A DNA stretch of 64,000 bases from an uncultured Pelagibacteraceae bacterium (GTDB lineage Bacteria > Pseudomonadota > Alphaproteobacteria > Pelagibacterales > Pelagibacteraceae): positions 31,591 through 95,590 of the forward strand of contig CACKRM010000001.1 in assembly GCA_902602655.1 (NCBI GenBank), read 5' to 3'. The translations under genes and the position numbers were made by a program. The notes under the pieces are model-generated. The model ran no database searches, had not been told where the DNA came from, and saw only the letters and a list, made by a program, of their open reading frames with translations. Of this stretch, positions 20,769 to 30,740 are shown one piece after another. Each line of letters starts with the position of its first letter. Position 1 is the stretch's first letter.

Positions 20769-21716
20769 ATGGATAAAATTGCGCTAACTGTTGAAAATTT
20801 AAGCAAAGTTTACATAAAAAATAACAGTCATAATTCACCTTTAAGAGCGTTAAATAGTTTAAGCTTTAATGTTAAACAAGGAGAAATATTTGGAGTCCTA
20901 GGACCTAATGGTGCAGGCAAAACTACCTTTTTAAGTATTCTTTCAGGAACTGTAGTTAAAACAGATGGCTTTGTGGAGGTTTGGGGTTTCAATTTGGATA
21001 AAAACCCTAGACAAGTCAGGGCATCAATTGGAATAGTTCCTCAAGAAGTAAATCTAGATGCCTTTTTTAGTCCTAGAAAATTATTAGAACTTCAAGCCGG
21101 CCTTTATGGTGTTACAAGTAAAAATAGAATAACAAACACAATCTTAAAAATTGTGTCTCTTCAAGATCAAGCTGAACAATATTCTCGAAATTTATCGGGA
21201 GGTATGAAAAGAAGATTGATGATCGCTAAAGCTATGGTACATCAGCCACCAATATTAGTATTAGATGAACCAACAGCAGGAGTTGATGTTGAATTAAGAA
21301 AAAATCTTTGGGAGAACGTTAAGATATTAAATAAATTGGGAGTAACTATAATACTTACTACTCATTATCTTTTTGAAGCCGAAGAAATGTGTGATCGAAT
21401 TGCAATCTTAAATAAGGGAAATTTAGTGGCTCTCGATACAACTCAAAAACTTTTAGACAGAATCCAAACTAAAAAGGTAACGTTTAAAGTAAAAGGAATT
21501 AAAAATGAAAATTTACAAATAAATTACAATGAAAAACTACAAGGTATTAAATTTATAATTAATAAAAATAAAACAATAACAGCCGAATATGAAAAAAAAC
21601 TTTTTAAATTCAATCAAATATTAGACATACTCAAAATGAACGGTTTGGAAATAATAGATATATCGACAAATGATGCCGATTTAGAGGATGTTTTTGTTCA
21701 GCTAACAAATAGCTAG
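20769..21716 (+). CDS. ABC transporter ATP-binding protein (YadG-like)
   Basis: GPNGAGKTT, LSGGMKRR, LDEPTAGVD, TTHY. Confidence 0.9.
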   Translation: MDKIALTVENLSKVYIKNNSHNSPLRALNSLSFNVKQGEIFGVLGPNGAGKTTFLSILSGTVVKTDGFVEVWGFNLDKNPRQVRASIGIVPQEVNLDAFFSPRKLLELQAGLYGVTSKNRITNTILKIVSLQDQAEQYSRNLSGGMKRRLMIAKAMVHQPPILVLDEPTAGVDVELRKNLWENVKILNKLGVTIILTTHYLFEAEEMCDRIAILNKGNLVALDTTQKLLDRIQTKKVTFKVKGIKNENLQINYNEKLQGIKFIINKNKTITAEYEKKLFKFNQILDILKMNGLEIIDISTNDADLEDVFVQLTNS

Positions 21717-21750
21717 ATTTTAAAAAGAAAAGTAAATATAAATAGTAATA

Positions 21751-22299
21751 ATGGAATTAACTAAAACAATCACAGATATTAAATTTATCAAAAGAACAAT
21801 TATTGTTTTAATTGGAACTTTTATATTGGCCTTATCTGCAAGATTGCAAACTCCCTTGGCTCCTGTTCCTGCAACCATGCAAACTTTTGCTGTTTTGCTT
21901 TTGGGGATTATGCTGGGCTATAAACTGGCATTTATAAGTGTTCTTATTTATTTGATACAAGGTGCTTTAGGTTTACCAGTATTTGCTGCTGGAGGCGGAA
22001 TAATTTACTTCACTGGTCCAACCAGCGGTTATCTTTTTGGTTTTTTATTAGGAGCTTTTTTCTCAGGCAAAATTCGACCAAATCAAGATTCTGCTATTGT
22101 TTTTTTTAAACTTTTGTTTTCTGTAAGTTTTATATACATGTTTGGTATTATTTGGTTATGGTTTTTTAAAGGATTGTCCACAAACTTTAATGAAATTTTT
22201 GCAATTGGTGCTAAACCTTTCCTTTTGATAGAATTGTATAAACTTTTAATTTTAGCAGTTTTATCTAATTTGATTTTTAAGATAAGGCCTTTTATCTAG
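21751..22299 (+). CDS. bioY: BioY biotin transporter
   Basis: PVP.TMQT, GALGLPVFA.G.G, GPTSGYLFGF. Confidence 0.88.
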   Translation: MELTKTITDIKFIKRTIIVLIGTFILALSARLQTPLAPVPATMQTFAVLLLGIMLGYKLAFISVLIYLIQGALGLPVFAAGGGIIYFTGPTSGYLFGFLLGAFFSGKIRPNQDSAIVFFKLLFSVSFIYMFGIIWLWFFKGLSTNFNEIFAIGAKPFLLIELYKLLILAVLSNLIFKIRPFI

Positions 22300-22870
22300 G
22301 CGATCTTTTCGAAAGTATTCTCTGCAAAGTTCTTCTGTGCATTTTCAACCTACGGGCGGTTTCTGATACATTTCTATTACAGAGTTCAAATACCCTGTGT
22401 ATATGTTCCCACTTCACTCTATCGGCTGACATTGGATTTTCGGGAGGTTTTGCCTTTGATTCTGGATGAGCTAAAAGAGCTGCTTCTACATCGTCAGCAT
22501 CAACTGGTTTAGCTATATAATCAATGGCACCAGCTTTAACCGCAGCCACCGCAGTGGGCAAATTTCCATACCCTGTTAGCATAACTATTCGGCTGTCACT
22601 TTTAAGCTTAGAAAGAGTTTTTACTACATCAAGACCATTACCATCTTCTAATCTTAGGTCAATTAAGGCAAATTTAGGGGGTGTTTTGCCTACAATACTC
22701 AGTCCTTCTTCAACACTTTTGGCAGTTTTTACTGAAAAACCCTTTTTTTCCATAGCTCTTGCCAATCTCTCTCTGAGAGGGTCATCATCGTCTAGTATCA
22801 TCAGAGATCTGTCTTCGAAATCACCGATTTTAAGACTTGGCAAAGATTTATTTAAACTCTTCATGAGCAT
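22292..22870 (-). CDS. regA: Redox response regulator RegA/PrrA/ActR
   Basis: DLRLEDGNGL, LTGYGN..TAV.AVK, PPENPMSADRVKWEHI, NVSETARRL.MHRRTLQRIL.KRSPR. Confidence 0.95.
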   Translation of the reverse strand: MLMKSLNKSLPSLKIGDFEDRSLMILDDDDPLRERLARAMEKKGFSVKTAKSVEEGLSIVGKTPPKFALIDLRLEDGNGLDVVKTLSKLKSDSRIVMLTGYGNLPTAVAAVKAGAIDYIAKPVDADDVEAALLAHPESKAKPPENPMSADRVKWEHIHRVFELCNRNVSETARRLKMHRRTLQRILSKRSPR

Positions 22871-23018
22871 CTATATGGGTATAAAAAAAAAAATTGCAAA
22901 CATATTATTGAATTATTTTCTTTACACTTTTATGAAAATACCTTAAATGCCGAGAAATAAGGTTTTTTATAAATTTTTTTGAAAACCTTGCTGTGTAAAC
23001 AAATGAGGGACACATGAA

Positions 23019-24197
23019 ATGCGAAAATTTAAAAGCGTTGAAGAGTTAATTAACACTTTAAAACCGGATTATCCGGTGTACTGTATTAGGCCCGACTCCA
23101 TAAAGAAGTCAGTGGATTTTTTCAAAAATAAATTTCCAGGAACAGTCCTTTACGCGGTTAAAACAAATCCTCACGAAAAAGTTTTAAAATCAATAATATC
23201 AAATGGAATTGATAGTTTTGATGTTGCGTCTTTAAATGAAATCCAATTAATAAAAAAGATAATGCCTAGTGCTAAACTCTATTTTATGCATACGATAAAA
23301 AGTAGAGAAAGTATTTTTGAATCATATTTTAATTATGGTGTAAGAAATTTTGCATTAGACTCTAAAGATGAATTAATGAAAATTTTAGAAATTACAAAGG
23401 GAGCAAAAGATTTAAATTTATATGTAAGAATATCAACCTCAAACGAACACGCTGAAATCGATTTATCAAGAAAATTTGGTGCTTCTCCCAGTGAAGCTTT
23501 AGGATTAGTAAGGTTGTGTAAAGAACATGGTAGGAAAATCGGTATTAGCTTTCATGTAGGTTCTCAATGTATGCATAAAGTCTCGTTTTCTAAAGCTATC
23601 AATGAAATAGGTAATATTATTAAAAAGACAAAAATTATTCCTGACACTATAAATGTTGGAGGTGGTTTTCCTTCGATATATCCTGATTTACGGCCAGAGT
23701 CTTTGGAGAGCTACATTGAAGAAATAAAGAAAGCTTTAAAAAATTTAAAATTATCTAAAATTCCAAAAATCTTGTGTGAACCAGGTAGGGCCCTAGTTGC
23801 AGAAAGTGGATCAACAGTTGTAAAAGTTAATTTGAGAAAAAAACAAAAGCTCTACATAAATGATGGAACTTACGGAACTTTGTTTGATGCAGGTGTTCCT
23901 AATTTTATTCTTCCTACCCGAATGATCCAAAATGGAAGAGTTCAATCAAAAAAACAAACAGCTTTTAATTTATATGGTCCAACTTGCGACAGTCTAGACT
24001 ACATGAAAGGTCCTTTTTTGCTTCCAAATAATATTAAAGAAGGAGATTATTTGGAGTTAGGTCAACTAGGTTCTTATGGTCTTACATTTAGAACAAAATT
24101 CAACGGATTCTATTCTAATCAAATCTTTGAGCTTAGTGACAAGCCAATTATGTCAATGTACGACAACTCTAGTAAGTTGGATTACTTAGTTGCATAA
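23019..24197 (+). CDS. Fold-type III PLP basic amino acid decarboxylase (ornithine/lysine/arginine)
   Basis: YAVKTNP, FDVAS, HVGSQC, GGGF, EPGR, GPTCDS.D. Confidence 0.9.
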   Translation: MRKFKSVEELINTLKPDYPVYCIRPDSIKKSVDFFKNKFPGTVLYAVKTNPHEKVLKSIISNGIDSFDVASLNEIQLIKKIMPSAKLYFMHTIKSRESIFESYFNYGVRNFALDSKDELMKILEITKGAKDLNLYVRISTSNEHAEIDLSRKFGASPSEALGLVRLCKEHGRKIGISFHVGSQCMHKVSFSKAINEIGNIIKKTKIIPDTINVGGGFPSIYPDLRPESLESYIEEIKKALKNLKLSKIPKILCEPGRALVAESGSTVVKVNLRKKQKLYINDGTYGTLFDAGVPNFILPTRMIQNGRVQSKKQTAFNLYGPTCDSLDYMKGPFLLPNNIKEGDYLELGQLGSYGLTFRTKFNGFYSNQIFELSDKPIMSMYDNSSKLDYLVA

Positions 24198-25243
24198 TGA
24201 AACAGAAAAATAGTCCTAAAATAGGACATAATAAAAATTCCTTTTTAAAATCACCAGTTGAGCATATTGATATAACATCATTTGATGCAAGAAAAATAAT
24301 TGACTCAATGGGTAAAATGTCTTTCACATCAAGAGACACCTCGGAAGCTTCAAAAATTTTTAATGAAATGATTAAAGATAAAGATTGTACAATATTTTTA
24401 ACTTTAGCTGGATCAACTTCTGCTGCTGGTTGCATGAAAGTATATGCCGATTTAGTCAAATATAATATGGTCGATGCTATAGTAGCTACAGGAGCATCAA
24501 TTATAGATATGGATTTTTTTGAAGCTTTAGGATTTAAACACTACCAAGGCTCCCAATTTCAAAATGACACTGTTTTAAGAGAAAATTATATAGATCGTAT
24601 ATACGATACTTACATAGATGAAGAGGAGCTACAGGCTTGTGACAAAAAAATTTGCGAGATAGCAAACAAATTAAAGCCCAAAGCTTATACTTCTAGAGAA
24701 TTTATAAGAGAATTGGGTAAATATTTGAAAGAAAATTCAAAAAAGAAAAATTCCTTGGTTCAATTAGCTTACGAAAATGATGTTCCTATTTTTTGCCCTG
24801 CCTTTACTGACAGTTCTGCAGGATTTGGATTGGTAATGCATCAAGAACAAAATCCACAAAATCATTTAACTATAGATTCTATTAAAGAGTTTAGAGAATT
24901 GACCGAAATTAAATTACAATCGAAAGAGTCAGGGCTTTTTATGATTGGAGGAGGTGTTCCGAAAAATTTCGTTCAAGACACAGTTGTTTGTGCTGAACTT
25001 TTAGGAAAAGAAGTAAATATGCATAAATACGCTATTCAAATTACAGTTGCCGATACAAGAGATGGTGCTTGCAGTAGCTCTACTTTGAAAGAGGCTAGTT
25101 CTTGGGGTAAGGTTGATACAACAAAAGAACAGATGGTTTTTGCTGAAGCAACTAGTGTGGTTCCTTTAATAGCTAGTGACGCATATCACAGAAAAAATTG
25201 GGAAAATAGAAAAAAGAGAAGTTTGCAAAAAATTTTTTATTAA
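24197..25243 (+). CDS. Deoxyhypusine synthase-like protein
   Basis: IDRIYD, PAFTDSS.G, GGGVPKN, DGACSS...EASSWGK (catalytic Lys). Confidence 0.9.
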   Translation: MKQKNSPKIGHNKNSFLKSPVEHIDITSFDARKIIDSMGKMSFTSRDTSEASKIFNEMIKDKDCTIFLTLAGSTSAAGCMKVYADLVKYNMVDAIVATGASIIDMDFFEALGFKHYQGSQFQNDTVLRENYIDRIYDTYIDEEELQACDKKICEIANKLKPKAYTSREFIRELGKYLKENSKKKNSLVQLAYENDVPIFCPAFTDSSAGFGLVMHQEQNPQNHLTIDSIKEFRELTEIKLQSKESGLFMIGGGVPKNFVQDTVVCAELLGKEVNMHKYAIQITVADTRDGACSSSTLKEASSWGKVDTTKEQMVFAEATSVVPLIASDAYHRKNWENRKKRSLQKIFY

Positions 25244-26122
25244 ATGAAATACCTTAGCCAAAAAAAAGGTTTTTTGGGTTACGAAGCTTCCGTTACACAA
25301 AAAAGTAAAGCCATTATAATTCCATTTGGTATGGAAAAAACTGTGAGTTATGGCAAAGGTACAAAAAACGGGCCTAAAGAAATAATTAAAGCTTCTCATC
25401 AGGTAGAGTTGTATGATGAAGAATTTAATTGTGAACCTTACAAAAAAATTGGAATTAAAACACTACGGCCTTTAAAAATAAATAAAAATATTACAAAAGC
25501 ACTAAAAACATTATCTGATATTAACAGTGAAGTTTTAAAAAATAAGCAGTTTCCCATGACACTTGGTGGTGAACATTCAATTACACCTGGTTGTATTTCT
25601 GCCTTTACTAAAAAATTTAAAAAAATTTGTATTTTACACTTTGATGCCCATGCTGATCTTAGAGAAAGTTACAATGGAGAGAAATTTTCACATGCATCTG
25701 CCATAAAAAGATGTTTGGATAATAAAAATGTTTCAGTTGTTTCATTTGGAATAAGAAATATTTCTAAGTTTGAGATTCCCTTTTTAAAAAGAAATAAATC
25801 TAGAATAAATATTTTTTGGGCAAAAGACAAAAGTAAATGGGATATGAGTAGGTTTAAAAAATTGATAAAAAATAAAAATGTTTATTTAACTTTTGATGTA
25901 GATGGATTCGACTCAAGTATTATGCCTGCAACTGGCACCCCTGAACCAGGAGGATTGTTTTGGGATGAAACTTTAAATATAATTAGAATAGCCTCTCAAA
26001 ACTCAAATATAGTTGGTGCGGACATAAATGAATTGTCACCTATTAAAGGGTTCGACTCATATAATTTTTTAGTAGCTAAATTAGCTTACAAAATTTTAAC
26101 ATATAAATTCTTAAATTCTTAA
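25244..26122 (+). CDS. speB: Agmatinase / ureohydrolase
   Basis: GGEHSIT, FDAHADLR, SHA, TFDVDG.D, TGTPEPGG, EL.P. Confidence 0.9.
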   Translation: MKYLSQKKGFLGYEASVTQKSKAIIIPFGMEKTVSYGKGTKNGPKEIIKASHQVELYDEEFNCEPYKKIGIKTLRPLKINKNITKALKTLSDINSEVLKNKQFPMTLGGEHSITPGCISAFTKKFKKICILHFDAHADLRESYNGEKFSHASAIKRCLDNKNVSVVSFGIRNISKFEIPFLKRNKSRINIFWAKDKSKWDMSRFKKLIKNKNVYLTFDVDGFDSSIMPATGTPEPGGLFWDETLNIIRIASQNSNIVGADINELSPIKGFDSYNFLVAKLAYKILTYKFLNS

Positions 26123-27394
26123 ATCTTCAGTGCGCCATGAAATACTAACTTCAGCTCCGCTATTATCATTCTTATTGTAGAATTTTAGTTTTGCACCGCT
26201 TCTCTCTAAAAGAGTTTTCCCTAAAAAAGTTCCTAGGCCTAAACCGGCAAAATTTTTAACATCGATTGATTTTGATGTTATATAAGGTTCTCCTACTAAA
26301 GGAAGAATATCCTCTGGAAAACCTGGTCCATCATCCTCTATGATAACTTCAATATTATTAAAATTGCTTTTTAAATATATGTTAATATTATTTTTTGCGA
26401 ATTTTACTGCATTTCCAATGAAATTTCTTAAACCATAAATAGTTTCCGCATTTCTTTTTAAATCTATTTTATTTTTGTCATCATCGGTAATTAAATCAAT
26501 TTTTTTTTTTGAAGATTCTTCGAAATTTTCTATTATTTCATTTAACAAATCTTCAAACTTAGTTGAACTAAAAAACTTATCCTCTACAATTTTCTTTTGA
26601 GAAATTTGTTTTAGAATTTCGCTGCATCTCTTAGTTTGGCTTATAAGTAAATCTAGATCTTTAGTGTAATTTGAATTTTCGCCTATTTCTTTTTTTAACT
26701 CTCCAGCGACTACTGATATTGTAGCTAATGGCGTGCCTAGTGAATGAGCAGCAGCAGCGGCCTGTCCTCCTAAAGATTCTAATTCGTATTCTTTAGCTAT
26801 TATTTGTTCAAGTTTAGTAACCGCATCAGATCTTTTTTTGGACTCCCCAGAAAATCGAATTCCAAAATAACTCAAAAAAATTAAACCAATTATAATTGAG
26901 ATAAAATAACCAACTAGATAGTAAGCTGGAAAAGTAAAGTTATGTTCGTGAATACCTGGCAAAGGATAATGAAATATCGTTAATAAAAATAAACAGACTA
27001 AAGTAAGAATACTTAAGAATATAGTTATCATATTACTTAACAAAGTAGATGAGACTATAGCCGGTATTATTAGTAATATAGTGAAGGGATTAGATATACC
27101 TCCCGTATAGTACAGCAAAATAGAAAGCTGAAACAAGTCATACATTAAAAATTTAAAAGCAATAAAATCTTTTATTTGAATTTCTTTAATTCGAAACTGT
27201 AAATAAATATTAGTTATTACTCCTATTAAAATAATTACGTATGATTCTATTATTGGGAAATCTAATTTTAAAAAAAAATATACAAGATTAACTGCAATTA
27301 ATTGTCCGATTATTGCAATCCATCTAAGAGTAACAAGAGTTCTTTTATCTAATTGTAAACTTTTTTCTATCTTAAACAAATTAGAAAATTTCAT
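26111..27394 (-). CDS. regB: Redox sensor kinase RegB/PrrB/ActS
   Basis: LRW.A..GQ, quinone motif GGISNPF, AAAAHSLGTPL, redox Cys in QTKRC, DDGPGF, GLGLG. Confidence 0.9.
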   Translation of the reverse strand: MKFSNLFKIEKSLQLDKRTLVTLRWIAIIGQLIAVNLVYFFLKLDFPIIESYVIILIGVITNIYLQFRIKEIQIKDFIAFKFLMYDLFQLSILLYYTGGISNPFTILLIIPAIVSSTLLSNMITIFLSILTLVCLFLLTIFHYPLPGIHEHNFTFPAYYLVGYFISIIIGLIFLSYFGIRFSGESKKRSDAVTKLEQIIAKEYELESLGGQAAAAAHSLGTPLATISVVAGELKKEIGENSNYTKDLDLLISQTKRCSEILKQISQKKIVEDKFFSSTKFEDLLNEIIENFEESSKKKIDLITDDDKNKIDLKRNAETIYGLRNFIGNAVKFAKNNINIYLKSNFNNIEVIIEDDGPGFPEDILPLVGEPYITSKSIDVKNFAGLGLGTFLGKTLLERSGAKLKFYNKNDNSGAEVSISWRTEDLRI

Positions 27395-27401
27395 ATAGAA
27401 A

Positions 27402-29483
27402 CTATATATCTAAATTTGCAACATCCAAAGCATTACTAGTAATGAAATCTTTTCTAGGACCAACTTCATCTCCCATCAAGATTTGTATAATCTTTTGATC
27501 TTGTATAGATTTATCTTTTAAGCCTTTTGTATACTGAACTTTAAGCAAAGTTCTATTTTCAGGATTGAGGGTTGTTTGCCAAAGTTCTTCCGGGTTCATT
27601 TCACCCAAGCCTTTAAACCTTTGTATTGATATTTTTTTTCTTTGTTCTTCCATAAAACGAACAAATTCTTTAGAGTTTCTCTTTAATTTTTTTGCATCTT
27701 TACTAGAATTTTTAAGGATATGTTCTTCCAATGACTTTTCATCCTTTATGTATATAGCTTTAGAGCCTTTAGTAATTTTAAAAAGAGGAGGTTGTGCTAA
27801 AAAAAGATTTCCATTCTCGATAAGTTGATTAAATGGATAGTTATTAAAAAATGTCAATAAAAGTGTTCTGATGTGGGAGCCATCAACATCTGCATCGGTC
27901 ATGATTATTATCTTTTCATATCTTAGATTTTCTAAATCAAAATCTTTGGAGCCGGTACCAAGAGCATTTATTAAAGTTACTATTTCACTTGAAGACATCA
28001 TTTTTGCCAAGGCTCTTGTGGCATAATCACCGTTAGACCCATTTTTTTTACTATTATTATTTACATAAGTGTTTAAGATTTTTCCCCTCAGAGGAAGTAC
28101 AGCTTGATATTCTCTCATTCTTCCTTGTTTTGCAGAACCTCCTGCAGAATCTCCCTCAACAATAAATAATTCTGTCCCATCTTTTTTTGAGATTTGGCAA
28201 TCTGCTAATTTACCTGGAAGACCTGTAAGTTCAAAAGTACCCTTACGCCTAACGCTGTCCCTGGCCTTCCTAGCAACATCCCTAGCTACTGCTGCTTGGG
28301 TTATCTTTTCAAGAACATTTCTTGTAACTGAAGGGTTTTGATCAAACCAAGTTGAAATTTTATCACTAATTATATTTTCAACAATAAGTCTTATTTCAGA
28401 AGACACAAGCTTATCTTTTGTTTGGGATGAAAATTTTGGATCAGGCATTTTTATAGATAGAACAGCCGTTAATCCTTCTTTAATGTCATCTCCTGACAAT
28501 GTTATTTTGTTCCTCTTAGAATTATTTTTTTCAGAGGCATATTTATTAACAATTCTTGTTAAAGCACTTCTAAAACCTAATAAATGTGTTCCTCCATCTT
28601 TTTGGTGAATATTATTAGTAAAAGCCATAACTTCTTCAGAATAACCTGCATTCCATTCTAAAGAGCATTCTACATTTACGTTATTTTTTGATCCTGAAAT
28701 TATAATTGGTTTTTTAAAAACTTCTTTTTCATTTTTATTTACTAAAATAGGTTTTTTGTTATTTATAAATTTTACAAATTCTAATATACCACCGTCATAT
28801 TTATTAATATATTCTTTTGATTTAGAAGATGTATTGTCAACTAATTTTATTTGGATCCCTTTATTTAAAAAAGCTAACTCTCTCATTCTTTTCTGAAGAA
28901 CATTAGAACTAAATTTTATTGATGAAAAAATCTCTTTAGAAGGTAAAAATGTAATCTGAGTTCCAGTTTTTTTGGTTTTTCCAATTTCTTTTAGTGGTTT
29001 TAAGGCTTTTCCATCTTTAAATAATATTGAATACTCTTTGTTATTTCTGAAAATATTTAATTCTAATTTTTCAGATAAAGCATTTACAACTGAGACACCA
29101 ACACCGTGAAGGCCACCAGAAACTTTATATGAGTCATGATCAAATTTTCCTCCAGCATGTAATTGTGTCATTATAACTTCAGCTGCTGATTTTTTTTCCT
29201 CTTTATGTAAATCTACAGGAATTCCTCTTCCATCATCTTCTATGGTAATTGTATTATCTTTGTTAATAACAACTGAAATATTTTTACAATATCCTGCTAA
29301 CGCTTCATCTATCGAGTTATCCACTACCTCGAAAACCATGTGATGTAAGCCTGAGCCATCTTCGGTATCCCCGATGTACATTCCTGGTCTTTTTCGAACA
29401 GCATCTAATCCTTTTAATACTTTAATCGAATCGGCAGCATAAGCTTTTTTAATTTGGGATGATGTTTCTTTGTTTTTTGACAT
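27402..29483 (-). CDS. gyrB: DNA gyrase subunit B (short form)
   Basis: VRKRPGMYIG, EVVDNSIDE, EGDSAGG, PLRGKILN, DADVDG, QRFKGLGEM; follows dnaN. Confidence 0.93.
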   Translation of the reverse strand: MSKNKETSSQIKKAYAADSIKVLKGLDAVRKRPGMYIGDTEDGSGLHHMVFEVVDNSIDEALAGYCKNISVVINKDNTITIEDDGRGIPVDLHKEEKKSAAEVIMTQLHAGGKFDHDSYKVSGGLHGVGVSVVNALSEKLELNIFRNNKEYSILFKDGKALKPLKEIGKTKKTGTQITFLPSKEIFSSIKFSSNVLQKRMRELAFLNKGIQIKLVDNTSSKSKEYINKYDGGILEFVKFINNKKPILVNKNEKEVFKKPIIISGSKNNVNVECSLEWNAGYSEEVMAFTNNIHQKDGGTHLLGFRSALTRIVNKYASEKNNSKRNKITLSGDDIKEGLTAVLSIKMPDPKFSSQTKDKLVSSEIRLIVENIISDKISTWFDQNPSVTRNVLEKITQAAVARDVARKARDSVRRKGTFELTGLPGKLADCQISKKDGTELFIVEGDSAGGSAKQGRMREYQAVLPLRGKILNTYVNNNSKKNGSNGDYATRALAKMMSSSEIVTLINALGTGSKDFDLENLRYEKIIIMTDADVDGSHIRTLLLTFFNNYPFNQLIENGNLFLAQPPLFKITKGSKAIYIKDEKSLEEHILKNSSKDAKKLKRNSKEFVRFMEEQRKKISIQRFKGLGEMNPEELWQTTLNPENRTLLKVQYTKGLKDKSIQDQKIIQILMGDEVGPRKDFITSNALDVANLDI

Positions 29484-29623
29484 TAAATTCTATGATATTG
29501 AAAATTAGTTATATCATTTTTTGTTACTTAGTTAAAACTACCCAAATACAAGAGGTCAAAAAAGCATTGTATATCAAGGATTTTAAGCCAAAAAGCAAAA
29601 AAAAATCTTAAATTTGATTAAAC

Positions 29624-30739
29624 TTAAATTTTCATCGGCATCACAACGTAATAACTATTTTTATCAGCATTGTCTTCTATTAAAACTGGAGAAACCGAGT
29701 CTTTTAAATTAATTTTTATATTTTTATCTTCGATTTCAGAAGCTATATCAATTAAATATTTCGAATTAAAACTAATCGATATCTCATTAGAGTTATATTT
29801 TGCTTTAATAGACTTATTTCCGTCACCGGTATTTGTGCTATTAACTGAAAATTTTATATTGTCATTATCTAATATAAGTTTTACTCCCTCTTTTCTGTCA
29901 ACAGATACTGCTGTTACAGTTTCTATTGAATCAATAAAGTCTTTAGATGAAACTATTAAAGTTTTGTCATTTGATGTTGGAACAACTTTTCTGTAATCAG
30001 GGAACTTCCCGTCAATTACTTTTGAAGTAAGTTTAGCTTTTCCAATTTTGAACTGTATTTTTGAGTCACTTGTTTGCATTAAAACTTTGTCAGAACTCTC
30101 CTGCAGTAAATTACACAACTGAAAAACAGCTTTCTTTGGTAAAATTAGTGAAAAAAATTTTTTTTCTTTTTCTATTTCTATACTACATGATGACAATCGA
30201 TGGCTATCGGTAGCAACTGCGGTTAGGAATTTTTTACCATCTGCTTCTGTAAGATGTAAAAATATACCACTTAAATAATGTCTCGTGTCATCATTTGATA
30301 TTGAAATTTTTGTTTTGTTTAAAAGAGATAAAAGCTTTGATCTATTTAATTCTATTCCTTCTTGTACAAAATTATCTGATATATTAGGGAATCCCTCTGT
30401 TGGAAGACATTTTAAATTAAAATCTGAACTATCAGTTTTAACATTCAATTTATTCTCACTTTTTAATTCAAAACTTACTTCTGTATTTGAAGATGTTTTT
30501 TTTAAAATATCATAAAGTATAGTTGCAGAAGTAGTAGTGCTTCCTTCCTGTTTTACAGTAATTCCTTCGATTTCGTCGGTAAATACTAGGTCTAAATCTG
30601 TAGCAACTATAATGAGTTTATTCTCTTTTATTTGGATAAGAATATTTGATAAAATTTCTAATGTATTTTTTTTTTCAATTATCCCTTGTGCCAAACTCAA
30701 AGAATTTAATAATAAGTCTCTTTTAGCGGAAAATTGCAT
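29624..30739 (-). CDS. dnaN: DNA polymerase III beta clamp
   Basis: ATDLD, ATDSHRL, FPDY, VVMPM; downstream of dnaA. Confidence 0.95.
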   Translation of the reverse strand: MQFSAKRDLLLNSLSLAQGIIEKKNTLEILSNILIQIKENKLIIVATDLDLVFTDEIEGITVKQEGSTTTSATILYDILKKTSSNTEVSFELKSENKLNVKTDSSDFNLKCLPTEGFPNISDNFVQEGIELNRSKLLSLLNKTKISISNDDTRHYLSGIFLHLTEADGKKFLTAVATDSHRLSSCSIEIEKEKKFFSLILPKKAVFQLCNLLQESSDKVLMQTSDSKIQFKIGKAKLTSKVIDGKFPDYRKVVPTSNDKTLIVSSKDFIDSIETVTAVSVDRKEGVKLILDNDNIKFSVNSTNTGDGNKSIKAKYNSNEISISFNSKYLIDIASEIEDKNIKINLKDSVSPVLIEDNADKNSYYVVMPMKI

Positions 30740-30740
30740 A

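Noticed and set aside
20723-20806. N-terminal extensions in the ORF track for polA (also mutM, nusA, ybeY, ubiB)
   Set aside because: They overlap neighbouring genes or a terminator; conserved N-termini begin at downstream ATGs
20769-22299. ABC ATPase plus BioY as an ECF biotin transporter
   Set aside because: The ATPase looks like the YadG/DrrA exporter type, not BioM/EcfA, and no EcfT/BioN gene is present
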